Shown here: positions 1 to 8,790 of the stretch, in pieces | How the letters are laid out: each line of letters opens with the position of its first letter | Numbering within the stretch: the stretch's first letter is position 1 | DNA from: an uncultured Alphaproteobacteria bacterium | Lineage (GTDB): Bacteria; Pseudomonadota; Alphaproteobacteria; Rhizobiales; Xanthobacteraceae | DNA length: 64,000 nucleotides | Assembly: GCA_963820365.1 (NCBI GenBank) | Contig: CAWFZR010000005.1 | Coordinates: 6,852 to 70,851 of the forward strand | Direction: 5' to 3' | Translations under genes and position numbers: made by a program | Notes under the pieces: model-generated | What the model was told of the DNA's origin: nothing | Database searches by the model: none | The model's input: only the letters and a program-made list of their open reading frames with translations

Positions 1-1
1 G

Positions 2-877
2 GTACCTGGCTTCTACCGTTACAAGGTCGGCAGCTTCGAGGTCACTGCCATCCTGGACGGCGTCCGCAGCTGGCCCTTGGAGGTGGTGCGCAACGCAACC
101 AAGGAGCAGGTCAGTGCGGCGCTCGCCGCCGCCTACCTTGACAGCGACAAGGTGACGTTTCCCTACGTCGCCGTTGTCGTCAATACCGGCCCCAAGCTGA
201 TCGTCATCGACGCCGGTCTTGGAGAGAACCTTTACGCCCAGACGAAGGGTGCTGTGGGCCAGTTCCATACCAATCTCGCGGCCGCGGGTATCGATCGCAA
301 CGCGGTGGACGTGGTGATCATTTCGCACTTTCACGCCGATCATGTGAACGGCCTGCTGACGGCCGATAACAAGCCGGCATTTCCCAACGCGGAAATCCTG
401 GTGCCGGCGGCCGAGTGGCCGTTCTGGTTCGACGACGCGAACATGAGCAAGGCACCGGCCGGGAGCCTGCTGGAGACGAATTTCAAGAATAACCGGCGTG
501 TGTTCGCGGCGCTCGGGCAGCAGGTGACGCACTATCAACCCGGCAAGGAACTGGCGACCGGTATCACCGCGGTCGCGACCCCAGGTCACACGCCCGGCCA
601 TACCTCCCATGTGATCGCATCGGAGTCGGCCCAGGTCTTAATCCAGTCCGACGTTACGCTTCTTCCGGCGTTATTCCTGCGCAACCCGGGCTGGCATCCG
701 ATGTTCGACTTTGATCCGGTGCAGGCCGAGCAGACCCGCCGCAAGGTCTGCGACATGGTGGTGGCCGACAAATTGCCGGTCCAGCACTATCACTATTCGT
801 TTCCGGGACTCACGTATCTGGAAAAGAATGGCGTCGGATATCGCGAGGTTCCGGTCCCGTGGAGCCCGCTGATTTGA
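2..877 (+). CDS. MBL-fold metallo-hydrolase (5' end runs off the window)
   Basis: Frame stays open back to base 2 (..YRYKVGSFEVTAILDG..). HFHADH (HxHxDH) zinc motif and downstream GHTPGH. Track ORF 77..877 is the internal-Met version. Confidence 0.85.
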   Translation, partial: VPGFYRYKVGSFEVTAILDGVRSWPLEVVRNATKEQVSAALAAAYLDSDKVTFPYVAVVVNTGPKLIVIDAGLGENLYAQTKGAVGQFHTNLAAAGIDRNAVDVVIISHFHADHVNGLLTADNKPAFPNAEILVPAAEWPFWFDDANMSKAPAGSLLETNFKNNRRVFAALGQQVTHYQPGKELATGITAVATPGHTPGHTSHVIASESAQVLIQSDVTLLPALFLRNPGWHPMFDFDPVQAEQTRRKVCDMVVADKLPVQHYHYSFPGLTYLEKNGVGYREVPVPWSPLI

Positions 878-1038
878 ATCGCGGTCTTTTAAAGCTGCCG
901 CGAAAGCGGTCCCTGAAATGACGATCTGCCCGAGTCGTCACCCTTCCAGCTAACGGACAGGAACAGTCGATTGTGGTCGGAGGCCCCGGTGCAGGGCCTC
1001 CGCTGTTTTGTACAGCAACGGCGATTCGTCAGGTCTCG

Positions 1039-1290
1039 ATGCACTGCGGCCAACTTAGCAGCGAACGGGGACATGCCCGTTCGGCAGCCCAGTGGCGATA
1101 TTGTTGCAAAAATCGCCACGGTCACACAACGTCCACGCTACTTCCGCTAATCCTCCGAAAGCGGCGGGTGCTGCCGCCCGTCAGCAAGGCCACCGGCGGG
1201 CCGATGCCCGGGGTCGACCTCACTGATTTTTCGGCGCTGCAGGAGAGCGACGATCTGGAATACGTCGAGCGCATGAAACGATTCAAATGA
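1039..1290 (+). CDS. Possible antitoxin partner of VapC (family not recognised)
   Basis: Small ORF ending ..DLEYVERMKRFK whose TGA overlaps the vapC ATG (ATGA coupling at 1287-1290). Start codon uncertain. No motif recognised. Confidence 0.3.
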   Translation: MHCGQLSSERGHARSAAQWRYCCKNRHGHTTSTLLPLILRKRRVLPPVSKATGGPMPGVDLTDFSALQESDDLEYVERMKRFK

Positions 1291-1727
1291 TCTTGCCGGA
1301 CGTGAACGTCCTTATCTACGCATTTCGTCAGGACATGCCGCAACATGCGATCTGCCGACCGTGGCTAGTCGAGGTCGTCGGGAACGATGCCCGCTTCGGC
1401 GTGTCGCCGCTCGCGCTGAGCGCGCTGGTTCGCATCACCACGAACCCCCGCTCGTACAAAATCCCAAGCGCGATCGAGGAGGCGTTCCAATTCTGCGAGA
1501 ACCTTCTCGGGCAAGCTCACTGCCAGATCGTGGAGCCGGGTGAGCGCCATTGGGATATCTTCAAGCGGCTCTGCATCGAGACCGATACGCGAGGATCGCG
1601 CGGTACCGATGCCTGGTTCGCCGCGCTCGCCATCGAATCGGGCTGCGAGTGGATCACGCTCGATCGCGATTTTGCGCGCTTCCCCGGATTGAAGTGGGGG
1701 ATACCAGCAGCCCTGTCCGAGCATTGA
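1287..1727 (+). CDS. vapC: Type II toxin VapC (PIN-domain ribonuclease)
   Basis: 146 aa. N-terminal MILPDVNVLIYAF and C-terminal TDAWFAALAIESGCEWITLDRDF are typical PIN acidic-residue blocks. Confidence 0.85.
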   Translation: MILPDVNVLIYAFRQDMPQHAICRPWLVEVVGNDARFGVSPLALSALVRITTNPRSYKIPSAIEEAFQFCENLLGQAHCQIVEPGERHWDIFKRLCIETDTRGSRGTDAWFAALAIESGCEWITLDRDFARFPGLKWGIPAALSEH

Positions 1728-1914
1728 AGGCGGAATTTTCCTGCGGCATGCGCCCGTGGCAACGGTGCGATGTGCGCGCCGGCGGTGGCAGAGCGAGGCG
1801 ACGTGGACTACAAGCAGCGGCAATCGTGACAACCAAGTCGGGGCCGATCACGCATCAGTCCGATAACAGCCAACTTGTTTCGGACGGATTGGGACCGGAA
1901 CGCTCCTGATTGCG

Positions 1915-3399
1915 ATGGACGTCTACGCCGCCCGCCGAGTATCCGACCGACAGGATCCTACTCCGCAGGCGCCGCTCACCCATCGCGAGGCACTGCTGAT
2001 CGTGCTCGGCGTGCTCCTGCCCACATTCATGGGCTCGCTCGACCAGACCATCCTCGCCAATGCGCTGCCGACCATCGGACGGGAGCTCGACGACGTCCGC
2101 AACCTGCCCTGGCTGATCACGGCCTACCTGCTGGCGTCGACCGCCGTCATTCCGCTCTACGGCAAGATCGCCGACATCCATGGCCGCCGCTTCACGCTGC
2201 GCATTGCGATCCTGACCTACATGGCGGGTTCGCTGGTCTGTGCGCTGGCGCCGAACATGCCGGTGCTCATATTCGGCCGCGCGCTGCACGGCCTCGGCGG
2301 CGGCGGGCTTTCCTCCATGGGCATGGTGGTGCTCGGCGATCTCGTCGCTCCCAAGGAGCGCGGCCGCTACTACGGCTATTTCGCCGCCACCTACACCACC
2401 GCCGGCGGCTTGGGTCCCCTGCTCGGAGGCCTGATCGCCGATCATCTGCACTGGTCGGTCATCTTCTGGATCAACCTTCCCATGGGACTTGCCGCGCTGG
2501 CGATCGCGACGTCGCTGCTGCGCCGGCTTCCGCGCTATGAACGCCCGCATCATCTCGACTTCATCGGCGCTGGCCTGATCGTCGTTGCCAGCGTATCGTT
2601 CATGCTGGCCTTGAACCTGGCCGGCGCGCGCCACCCCTGGATGTCGCCGCCGATCCTCGCGCTCATTGCGGCGGCGCTGATCGTGGGAGCGCTGTTCGTG
2701 CTGCGGCTCTTGACCGCGCCCGAGCCGCTCATCCCCCTTTCCATTCTCAAAAATCCGCTCGTGCGCTGGGCAATCGTCGCCAATGCCTGCGGCTGGGGCT
2801 CGATCATCGGCCTCAACGTGCTGCTGCCGATGTATCTGCAGGGGGTCATGGGGCTCTCCCCCACCCATGCCGGACTGAGCCTCATGGTGTTCCTGGTGGC
2901 GATGAACACCAGCGCGGGCCTTGCCGGCCAGGTCCTCGGCCGCGTGCGTCGCTACAAGGTGTTGCCGACGCTCATGCTCGCGCTCGCGATCGGCGCGCTC
3001 GCGACGCTTGCCCTGCGCGCCGGCACCATGACGCCGCTCGCATTCGAGCTGTTGCTGATCCTGATCGGAGCGGGGTTCGGACCGGTGCCGTCGCTCACCG
3101 CGGTGGCGATGCAGAACGTGGTGGCCCGTCACCAGCTCGGCGTCGCGATCGGCGCCATGAATTTCAGCAGGAATTTGTTCGCGACCATGCTGATCGCGGT
3201 GTTCGGCGCCATCGTGCTGGCCGGAACGGAGGCGGGAGAATTGCTGCGCGGCGCATTCACCGCCGACCCCGGACACGCAGCGCACGCCTTCGGCCGCGTT
3301 TTCCTCGTCGCCGCGGCGAGCTTCGCCGTCGCGCTCATCGCCATTCTTCTGATGGAGGAAAAACCGCTGCAGACGGGCGCCGAGCTCGACGGCAACTAG
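1915..3399 (+). CDS. MFS transporter, DHA2 (EmrB/QacA-like) drug-efflux type
   Basis: 494 aa and highly hydrophobic throughout. MGSLDQTILANALPTI..., GKIADIHGRR and GLGGGGL motifs are typical of 14-TMS MFS exporters. Confidence 0.9.
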   Translation: MDVYAARRVSDRQDPTPQAPLTHREALLIVLGVLLPTFMGSLDQTILANALPTIGRELDDVRNLPWLITAYLLASTAVIPLYGKIADIHGRRFTLRIAILTYMAGSLVCALAPNMPVLIFGRALHGLGGGGLSSMGMVVLGDLVAPKERGRYYGYFAATYTTAGGLGPLLGGLIADHLHWSVIFWINLPMGLAALAIATSLLRRLPRYERPHHLDFIGAGLIVVASVSFMLALNLAGARHPWMSPPILALIAAALIVGALFVLRLLTAPEPLIPLSILKNPLVRWAIVANACGWGSIIGLNVLLPMYLQGVMGLSPTHAGLSLMVFLVAMNTSAGLAGQVLGRVRRYKVLPTLMLALAIGALATLALRAGTMTPLAFELLLILIGAGFGPVPSLTAVAMQNVVARHQLGVAIGAMNFSRNLFATMLIAVFGAIVLAGTEAGELLRGAFTADPGHAAHAFGRVFLVAAASFAVALIAILLMEEKPLQTGAELDGN

Positions 3400-4241
3400 G
3401 TCCCGTTGACATATAGGGGATTCCCTCGGACTCTGCGAATGTGATTTAAGATCGAAACTGAGGAGGTCGATCTTGATTCGGCGAACACTTACGAATGCGC
3501 AATGGCGGCGCATCGAGCCGCTTGTTCCGGGTAAGGAAGGTGACAGAGGGCGCCACGGCGAGGACAATCGATTGTTCGTGGATGCTGTGCTTTGGTTGGC
3601 TCGTGCCGGAGCACCTTGGCGCGATCTGCCGAGTGAGTTTGGCAACTGGAATAGTGTGTTCCAGCGCTTCCGTCGGTGGGCAAAGAAGGACGTTTGGCAG
3701 AGTATTTTCAATGCGTTGGTTGAAGATCCAGACTTCGAGTACCTCATCATCGACTCCACCATTGTGCGGGCGCACCAACATGCGGCCGGTGCCAAAAAGG
3801 GGGAGCGAAGATGAGGCGATCGGGCGTTCGCGCGGCGGCCTGAGTACGAAGATCAACATTAGCGTGGATGCTCTCGGCAATCCCGTCCGCTTCATCCTTA
3901 CCGCAGACCAGGTGCACGACATCCTCCAGGCCGAAGACCTGATCAGCGGTTTTTCTTTCGAGAAGTTGCTCGCTGATATGGGTTTTGACTCCGATCGCTT
4001 TCGCACCCGTATAGCAGAAGGCGGGGCGGAAGCTGTGATCCCATCGAGCCGCTCTCGATCACAAGCCATCCCGTATGACAAGCACATCTACCAGGAACGC
4101 AATCTGGTCGAGCGGTTCATCAACAAAATCAAGCATTTTCGCCGCATCGCAACCCGTTACGAGAAAACTGCGCTCTCATTTGCATCCATGCTATTCCTGG
4201 TCGGGGCCATGATCTGGCTCCGATGAAATGTCAACAGGACC
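3399..4241 (+). mobile_element. IS5-family insertion sequence (IS427-like group), 843 bp
   Basis: Terminal inverted repeats GGTCCCGTTGACAT (3399-3412) and ATGTCAACAGGACC (4228-4241). Both ends are flanked by TA inside a CTAG context (3397-3398 and 4242-4243). Confidence 0.9.
3473..4226 (+). CDS. IS5-family DDE transposase in two overlapping frames
   Basis: orfA 3473..3814 (MIRRTLTNAQWRRIEPLVPGK...HQHAAGAKKG). orfB continues in another frame to 4226 (..IGRSRGGLSTKI...FRRIATRYEKTALSFASMLFLVGAMIWLR). The junction is at the A5G5 run 3794-3803. Confidence 0.85.
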
Positions 4242-4404
4242 TAGAGCAGAGCTGGACGGCTTGACCAGCGGTTGCTTGCGCGGACCAATGTCCGCAGCTG
4301 GCGGAAGCTGACACGCAGCGCAGCAGCCTCCTACCCCGTACTGAGGTGTGCTAGCAATCGATATGCTGGCAGCGCGCCCTGACTGGGGCCGGCGAGGTGA
4401 TCGA

Positions 4405-4740
4405 ATGAACAAGCGCGAGTTCATCACGCTCCTCGGCGGTGCGGCGGCAACGTGGCCGATGGCGGCGAGCGCGCAGCAGGCGCTCCCGGTGGTCGGATTC
4501 CTCGGCGCCACATCCTATGTCGAAATCGGCGGGCTGATGAGCTACGGAGCCAATCTTGTAGATTTGTGGCGTCAGCTCGGCATCTATACTGGTCGCATTC
4601 TCAAGGGCACCAAACCCGCCGACCTGCCGGTCATGCAGTTCAGCCGCTTTGAGCTGGTCATCAACCACCAGACCGCCAGGATGCTTGGCATCGCCGTGCC
4701 GGACAAACTGCTCGTTGCCGCCAATGAGGTCATCGAATGA
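4405..4740 (+). pseudogene. ABC-transporter substrate-binding protein paralog, internally deleted remnant
   Basis: Signal-like MNKREFITLLGGAAATWPMAASAQQALPVVGFLG joins directly to the family C-terminus (..GGLMSYGANLVDLWRQLGIYTGRILKGTKPADLPVMQ...NEVIE). About 200 aa present in the neighbouring paralog are missing. Confidence 0.55.
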
Positions 4741-5733
4741 TTGGGCGCCGCCAGTTCGTCACGCTGGTCGGCGGTGCGGCGGCCGCTTGGCCGCTCGCGG
4801 CGCGCGCGCAGCAGCCGGCGATGCCGGTAATCGGGTTACTCCACAGCGGATCGGCTGCAGCCTTTGCGACTCCCTTAGCCGCGTTCCGCAAAGGGCTGAG
4901 TGAAGCCGGCTACGTCGAAGGTCAAAATGTCGCGATCGAATATCGCTGGGCAGAGGGCCAAAATGATCGCCTGCCTGCACTGGCGGCGGAACTGGTTCGC
5001 CGGGGTGTGGCTGTCATCGTGACACCGGGCAGCACCGCCGCGACGCTCGCAGCCAAGGCGGCGACAGCGACGATACCCATTGTCTTCATCACTGGCGCAG
5101 ACCCGGTGAAAATTGGCCTGGTTGCCAGCCTCAATCGGCCGGGTGGCAACGCCACCGGGATCAATGACTTTGGCGTAGAGATCGGGGCAAAGCGACTAGG
5201 GCTCTTATATATTACACGAGCTGCTGCCGGGAGCCGCGCGCTTCGCCGTGCTCGTCAATCCCGACAATCCCCTTATTACCGAGTCCTTTGTCACAGAATT
5301 GCAGACGGCGGCTTCGGCCATCGGGCGGCAAATCGAAGTCGTCACCGCCAGCACAAATAGCGACATCGACATTGCCTTTGCGACGCTTGTTAGAAAGCGG
5401 GCCGATGCATTTCTGATCAGCCCGGACTCGCTGTTCGTGACACGTCGCGTGCAACTCATCACGCTGGCGGTGCGCCATGCGCTCCCGGCGTTATACCATC
5501 GGCGGGAGCTTGCTGAAGCTGGCGGGCTGATGAGCTACGGATCGGACCTTCCGAACCAGTTTCGTCAGACCGGCGTCTATATCGGCCGCATCCTCAAGGG
5601 CGAGAAACCCGCCGAAATGCCGGTCCAGCTGCCGACAAGATTCGAGTTCGTCATCAACCTGCAAACGGCCAAGACGCTCGGCATTGAGATTCCGGCTACG
5701 CTGCTGGCGCGCGCTGACGAGGTGATCGAATGA
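4737..5733 (+). pseudogene. ABC-transporter substrate-binding protein (same family), frameshifted
   Basis: N-terminal part is in ORF 4737..5360 and C-terminal part in ORF 5248..5733. The frames meet at the TATATATTA stretch (~5206-5214). Total length is 3n+1. ATGA overlap with the upstream remnant. Confidence 0.75.
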
Positions 5734-5838
5734 CAGTGCGGTTTTGTTGGACTGCATATGTCGCCTTTCGGGCACTTAACAGAATAGGGCTCGGGCGGCG
5801 GTTGGTCCGCCGCTGGTGAAAGCCGACGCCGCTTATTA

Positions 5839-6009
5839 TTACTTGCGCTGCGCGGACGGACAGGGCGCACCGCAGGGGGCGCAGGCGCCGGCAAAATCCT
5901 CGGGCGACACTGCACGGCCGGCCGACGGGCTCGACAGGTGATCGGCGAGGATGGCTGCAAGGCCCACGGCAAGCGCGATGGCATAAACCAGGCGCATGGT
6001 GGCTCTCAT
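5839..6009 (-). CDS. Small membrane-anchored Cys-rich protein (56 aa), unknown family
   Basis: MRATMRLVYAIALAVGLAAILADHLSSPSAGRAVSPEDFAGACAPCGAPCPSAQRK. Its ATG overlaps the YeeE stop (ATGA at 6006-6009). One hydrophobic helix followed by a CxxCxxxC cluster. Confidence 0.45.
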   Translation of the reverse strand: MRATMRLVYAIALAVGLAAILADHLSSPSAGRAVSPEDFAGACAPCGAPCPSAQRK

Positions 6010-7160
6010 TCGCGTGCCAGGCCGAAGGCCGGGCGCAGCCGGATGCCGAGGGCGCAGCCGCCGATCGCCGCGGCGAACCATACCCAGCCGTGCAGCGAAC
6101 CGGAGGCCACCCCGCCGACGAAGGCCCCGATGTTGCAGCCGAAGCCGAGCCGCGCGCCCCACCCCATGAGCAATCCGCCGAGCGCCGCGGCAGCAAGCGA
6201 CCTGAGCGGCGGCCACGCCCCGCGCGCGAACGGCCGCGCCGCGGCCGCCGCCATGGCGCCGAGAATCATGCCGATGTCGGTCAGGCTCGACGTGTCGCTC
6301 AGGACCGAATCGGCAAGCGCACGCTTGGGTCCCGTCCATTGCCAGAACTCGGCACTGGAAAGATCGAAGCCGAGCGCGTGCGCGATCTTGCCGCCCCACA
6401 GAGTGAAGCCGAAGGTCACGCTCCAGGGGTGATGGCCGAAAGCAAACACCGCGATCGAGAGGAGACCGATGGCAATGGCACCGATCACGACGACAGGCTG
6501 CGGCCGGACCTTCGCGCCGCGCCGTCGCGCCACCGCCACGATCAGCCCCGCGGCAAGCGCGAGGCTCGCCAGCGTGAGCGCCAGCCCGCCCCACGGCCCG
6601 GCATAGGCGGCGGCGAGCACCGGGTCGATCCCGCCGAGCGCGAGAAACGCCGGCAGCTGCAAGCTTCCGACCAGGCTGCCGAGAACGAAGAAAGCGAGCG
6701 TCACCAACATGCGCCCCGAGCCGCCGCCGGCGGTGTAGAGCGTTCCGGAGCCGCATCCGTTCGCGAGCTGCATGCCGATCCCGAACACGAAGGCGCCGAT
6801 GAGAAGCGAGGGACCGAGCGGCGCGATGGCACCGCCAAAGCCGGGCACGAGCGCCGCAACCGGTACGATGACGATTGCCGCAATCGCAATGAGCAGCAGC
6901 GCAGCGAGCAGCCCGTCAGCCTGACCGCGCGCGATGAAGCGGCGCCACGACGCCGTGAAGCTGAACTCGGCCTTGAGGAAGACCGCGCCAAGCGCGAAGC
7001 CGCTCAGCAGCAGCCCGACGGACGCCGGCTGTCCGTCGACAAGCACGAGCGCAACGAGGACCGCTGTCGCCAGCACCGCGGCGGCGAGGAATGGCCAGTC
7101 GGGCCGCGGCACGGTGTCAACTGCAGTCGGCTCGGCGGTGACAGCCGTCATGGAAGCCAT
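6006..7160 (-). CDS. YeeE/YedE family sulfur-compound (thiosulfate-type) transporter
   Basis: 384 aa polytopic protein with the two conserved Cys loops (ANGCGSGTLY and GFGCNIGAF) typical of YeeE/YedE. Confidence 0.9.
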   Translation of the reverse strand: MASMTAVTAEPTAVDTVPRPDWPFLAAAVLATAVLVALVLVDGQPASVGLLLSGFALGAVFLKAEFSFTASWRRFIARGQADGLLAALLLIAIAAIVIVPVAALVPGFGGAIAPLGPSLLIGAFVFGIGMQLANGCGSGTLYTAGGGSGRMLVTLAFFVLGSLVGSLQLPAFLALGGIDPVLAAAYAGPWGGLALTLASLALAAGLIVAVARRRGAKVRPQPVVVIGAIAIGLLSIAVFAFGHHPWSVTFGFTLWGGKIAHALGFDLSSAEFWQWTGPKRALADSVLSDTSSLTDIGMILGAMAAAAARPFARGAWPPLRSLAAAALGGLLMGWGARLGFGCNIGAFVGGVASGSLHGWVWFAAAIGGCALGIRLRPAFGLARE

Positions 7161-7212
7161 AGCTGGTTACGGATGCTCACGGGAACCGGTCTTCCGCAAA
7201 ATGCGCCGGCTG

Positions 7213-8208
7213 TCACAGCCCGAGGCCGACCGCTTTCTTGAGATCGTCCAACCGGGAGCGCTCGGACACGACCGGCCGGCGGGCATCGGCGGTCCACTCG
7301 ACCATGGAGCCATAATAGAGGCTGACATCCTTGCGGCCAAGAAGCTCGGACAGGACGAACCAGTTGGTCGATGCCCAATGGCCGGTGTTGCAGTAGCTCA
7401 CCACCGGGCCTGCCGGAACGGATGCGGCGATCGCGGCAAGCTCGGTCACCGGCCGCAACCGGTTGCTGCCCGCGTCATAGAACGCCGCACTGTCGAGGTT
7501 GTGCGCACCGGGGATGTGGCCGTAGGCCTTCGCGGCCGGCGCCTTTTCCTTGCCGGCGAAGAATTGCGCCGGGCGTGCATCGAGCAGGGTCGCCCCGCCC
7601 GATTTGCTCACACGCTCGACCTCGGCGGCCGGCGCGATGAGCGTGTTGTCGAGCGCGACGGTAAAAATCTTCGGCGAGGGACGATTGACGCCGCTTTCGA
7701 TCGGGTTGGCCGGGTCGGCCTTCCAGGCGGCAAAGCCGCCATCGAGGATCGACACCCGCCGATGCCCCGCCGCCTTGAGCGTCCAGTAGACCCGCGCCGC
7801 CGCGCCGAAATCGAGGACATGCACGCCGGCCGGCACCACCACGACGTGGCTGTCCTCGTCGATGCCGAGGTTGCTGACAAGCGCTTCGAGGCGGGCCGCA
7901 TCGGGGAGCATGAACGGAACACCGTTACGCGTCACCCGCCAGCCGCCCTTGTCGTAGTCGCTGTGCACGGCACCGGGAATGTGACCTGCGGCGTAGGCTT
8001 GCGCACCGCCGCCGTCGAGCGCCGAGCGGATATCGAGCACTACGAGGTCGGGATCGGCGCGGTGTTGCGCCAGCCACGGGACGGACACCAGCGGCTCGAC
8101 GTTGCCGGCGAGCGCCGGGCCCATCAAGCCCAATGCAAATGCTGTGGCGACGACAAGCCGTCGACATCCGGCAGATACGGTGAAAGCTGACATGAGAACC
8201 TCTTGCAC
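7213..8208 (-). CDS. Secreted tandem-rhodanese sulfurtransferase (SseA/thiosulfate sulfurtransferase-like)
   Basis: Signal-like N-terminus (..VVATAFALGLMGPALAG). Two rhodanese halves. Active-site loop YCNTGHWAS. Start could be 8208 or 8193. Confidence 0.85.
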   Translation of the reverse strand: MQEVLMSAFTVSAGCRRLVVATAFALGLMGPALAGNVEPLVSVPWLAQHRADPDLVVLDIRSALDGGGAQAYAAGHIPGAVHSDYDKGGWRVTRNGVPFMLPDAARLEALVSNLGIDEDSHVVVVPAGVHVLDFGAAARVYWTLKAAGHRRVSILDGGFAAWKADPANPIESGVNRPSPKIFTVALDNTLIAPAAEVERVSKSGGATLLDARPAQFFAGKEKAPAAKAYGHIPGAHNLDSAAFYDAGSNRLRPVTELAAIAASVPAGPVVSYCNTGHWASTNWFVLSELLGRKDVSLYYGSMVEWTADARRPVVSERSRLDDLKKAVGLGL

Positions 8209-8399
8209 GCGTCCAGAGGCCTGACGCGTCGATCAATATCTTGAAATGGAATATTCCTCTGCAAACTTTGCAAGATACCACGACAAAAAGTAACGTTGTT
8301 CTCCAGCGCCCGAGGACGGCAGTGAAATCGTCTAAAACTCAATCCTGGGGGAGAATGGATGGCATGCCTCGCACCAGCCCGTGGGGCGCGCAGGGACCG

Positions 8400-8745
8400 G
8401 CAAATGAGCGTTAGAGATGATGTAGACGTAAAACTGGCGGGCCATTGACAGTCCCTTCGCCGTCATCCCGGCCAAGCGACCGGCGGGTTTAACCCGCCGG
8501 GAGCGCGCGCCGGGATCCATAACCACAGCCTGTGGGTATGGGTCCCGGGTCTACCTTCGCTTCGCTCGGTAGCCCGGGACGACCCTCAGAACTCGGTGCA
8601 AGAGCGGGATGATTTTTCTTTGAATCACCATCCCGCTCTACTTCTTTTTTGTTTGAGCATGATCTTTTCCGAAAACCGGTATCCACCCCGGATCAAGTCC
8701 GGGGCAGGCTTTTTCGGGATCATGCTCCAGGTCAAATAGAACCCC
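8400..8745. repeat. Cluster of REP-like palindromic elements
   Basis: 8459-8583 is one inverted copy of the 140-bp unit that is tandemly repeated at 33661-34370. 8400-8458 matches the tail found at 34371-34425. 8600-8745 holds two further hairpin repeats (GAGCGGGATGA..TCACCATCCCGCTC and GAGCATGATC...GATCATGCTC). Confidence 0.8.
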
Positions 8746-8790
8746 GCCGCGCCCGGCTAGGGGCGCAGCGGGGCCTGCTGCTCAGTCCTG

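Noticed and set aside
3794-3803. Canonical programmed -1 ribosomal frameshift in the IS5-family transposase
   Set aside because: Codon positions show that orfB is +1 relative to orfA. A -1 slip enters the third frame, which terminates within ~15 codons.
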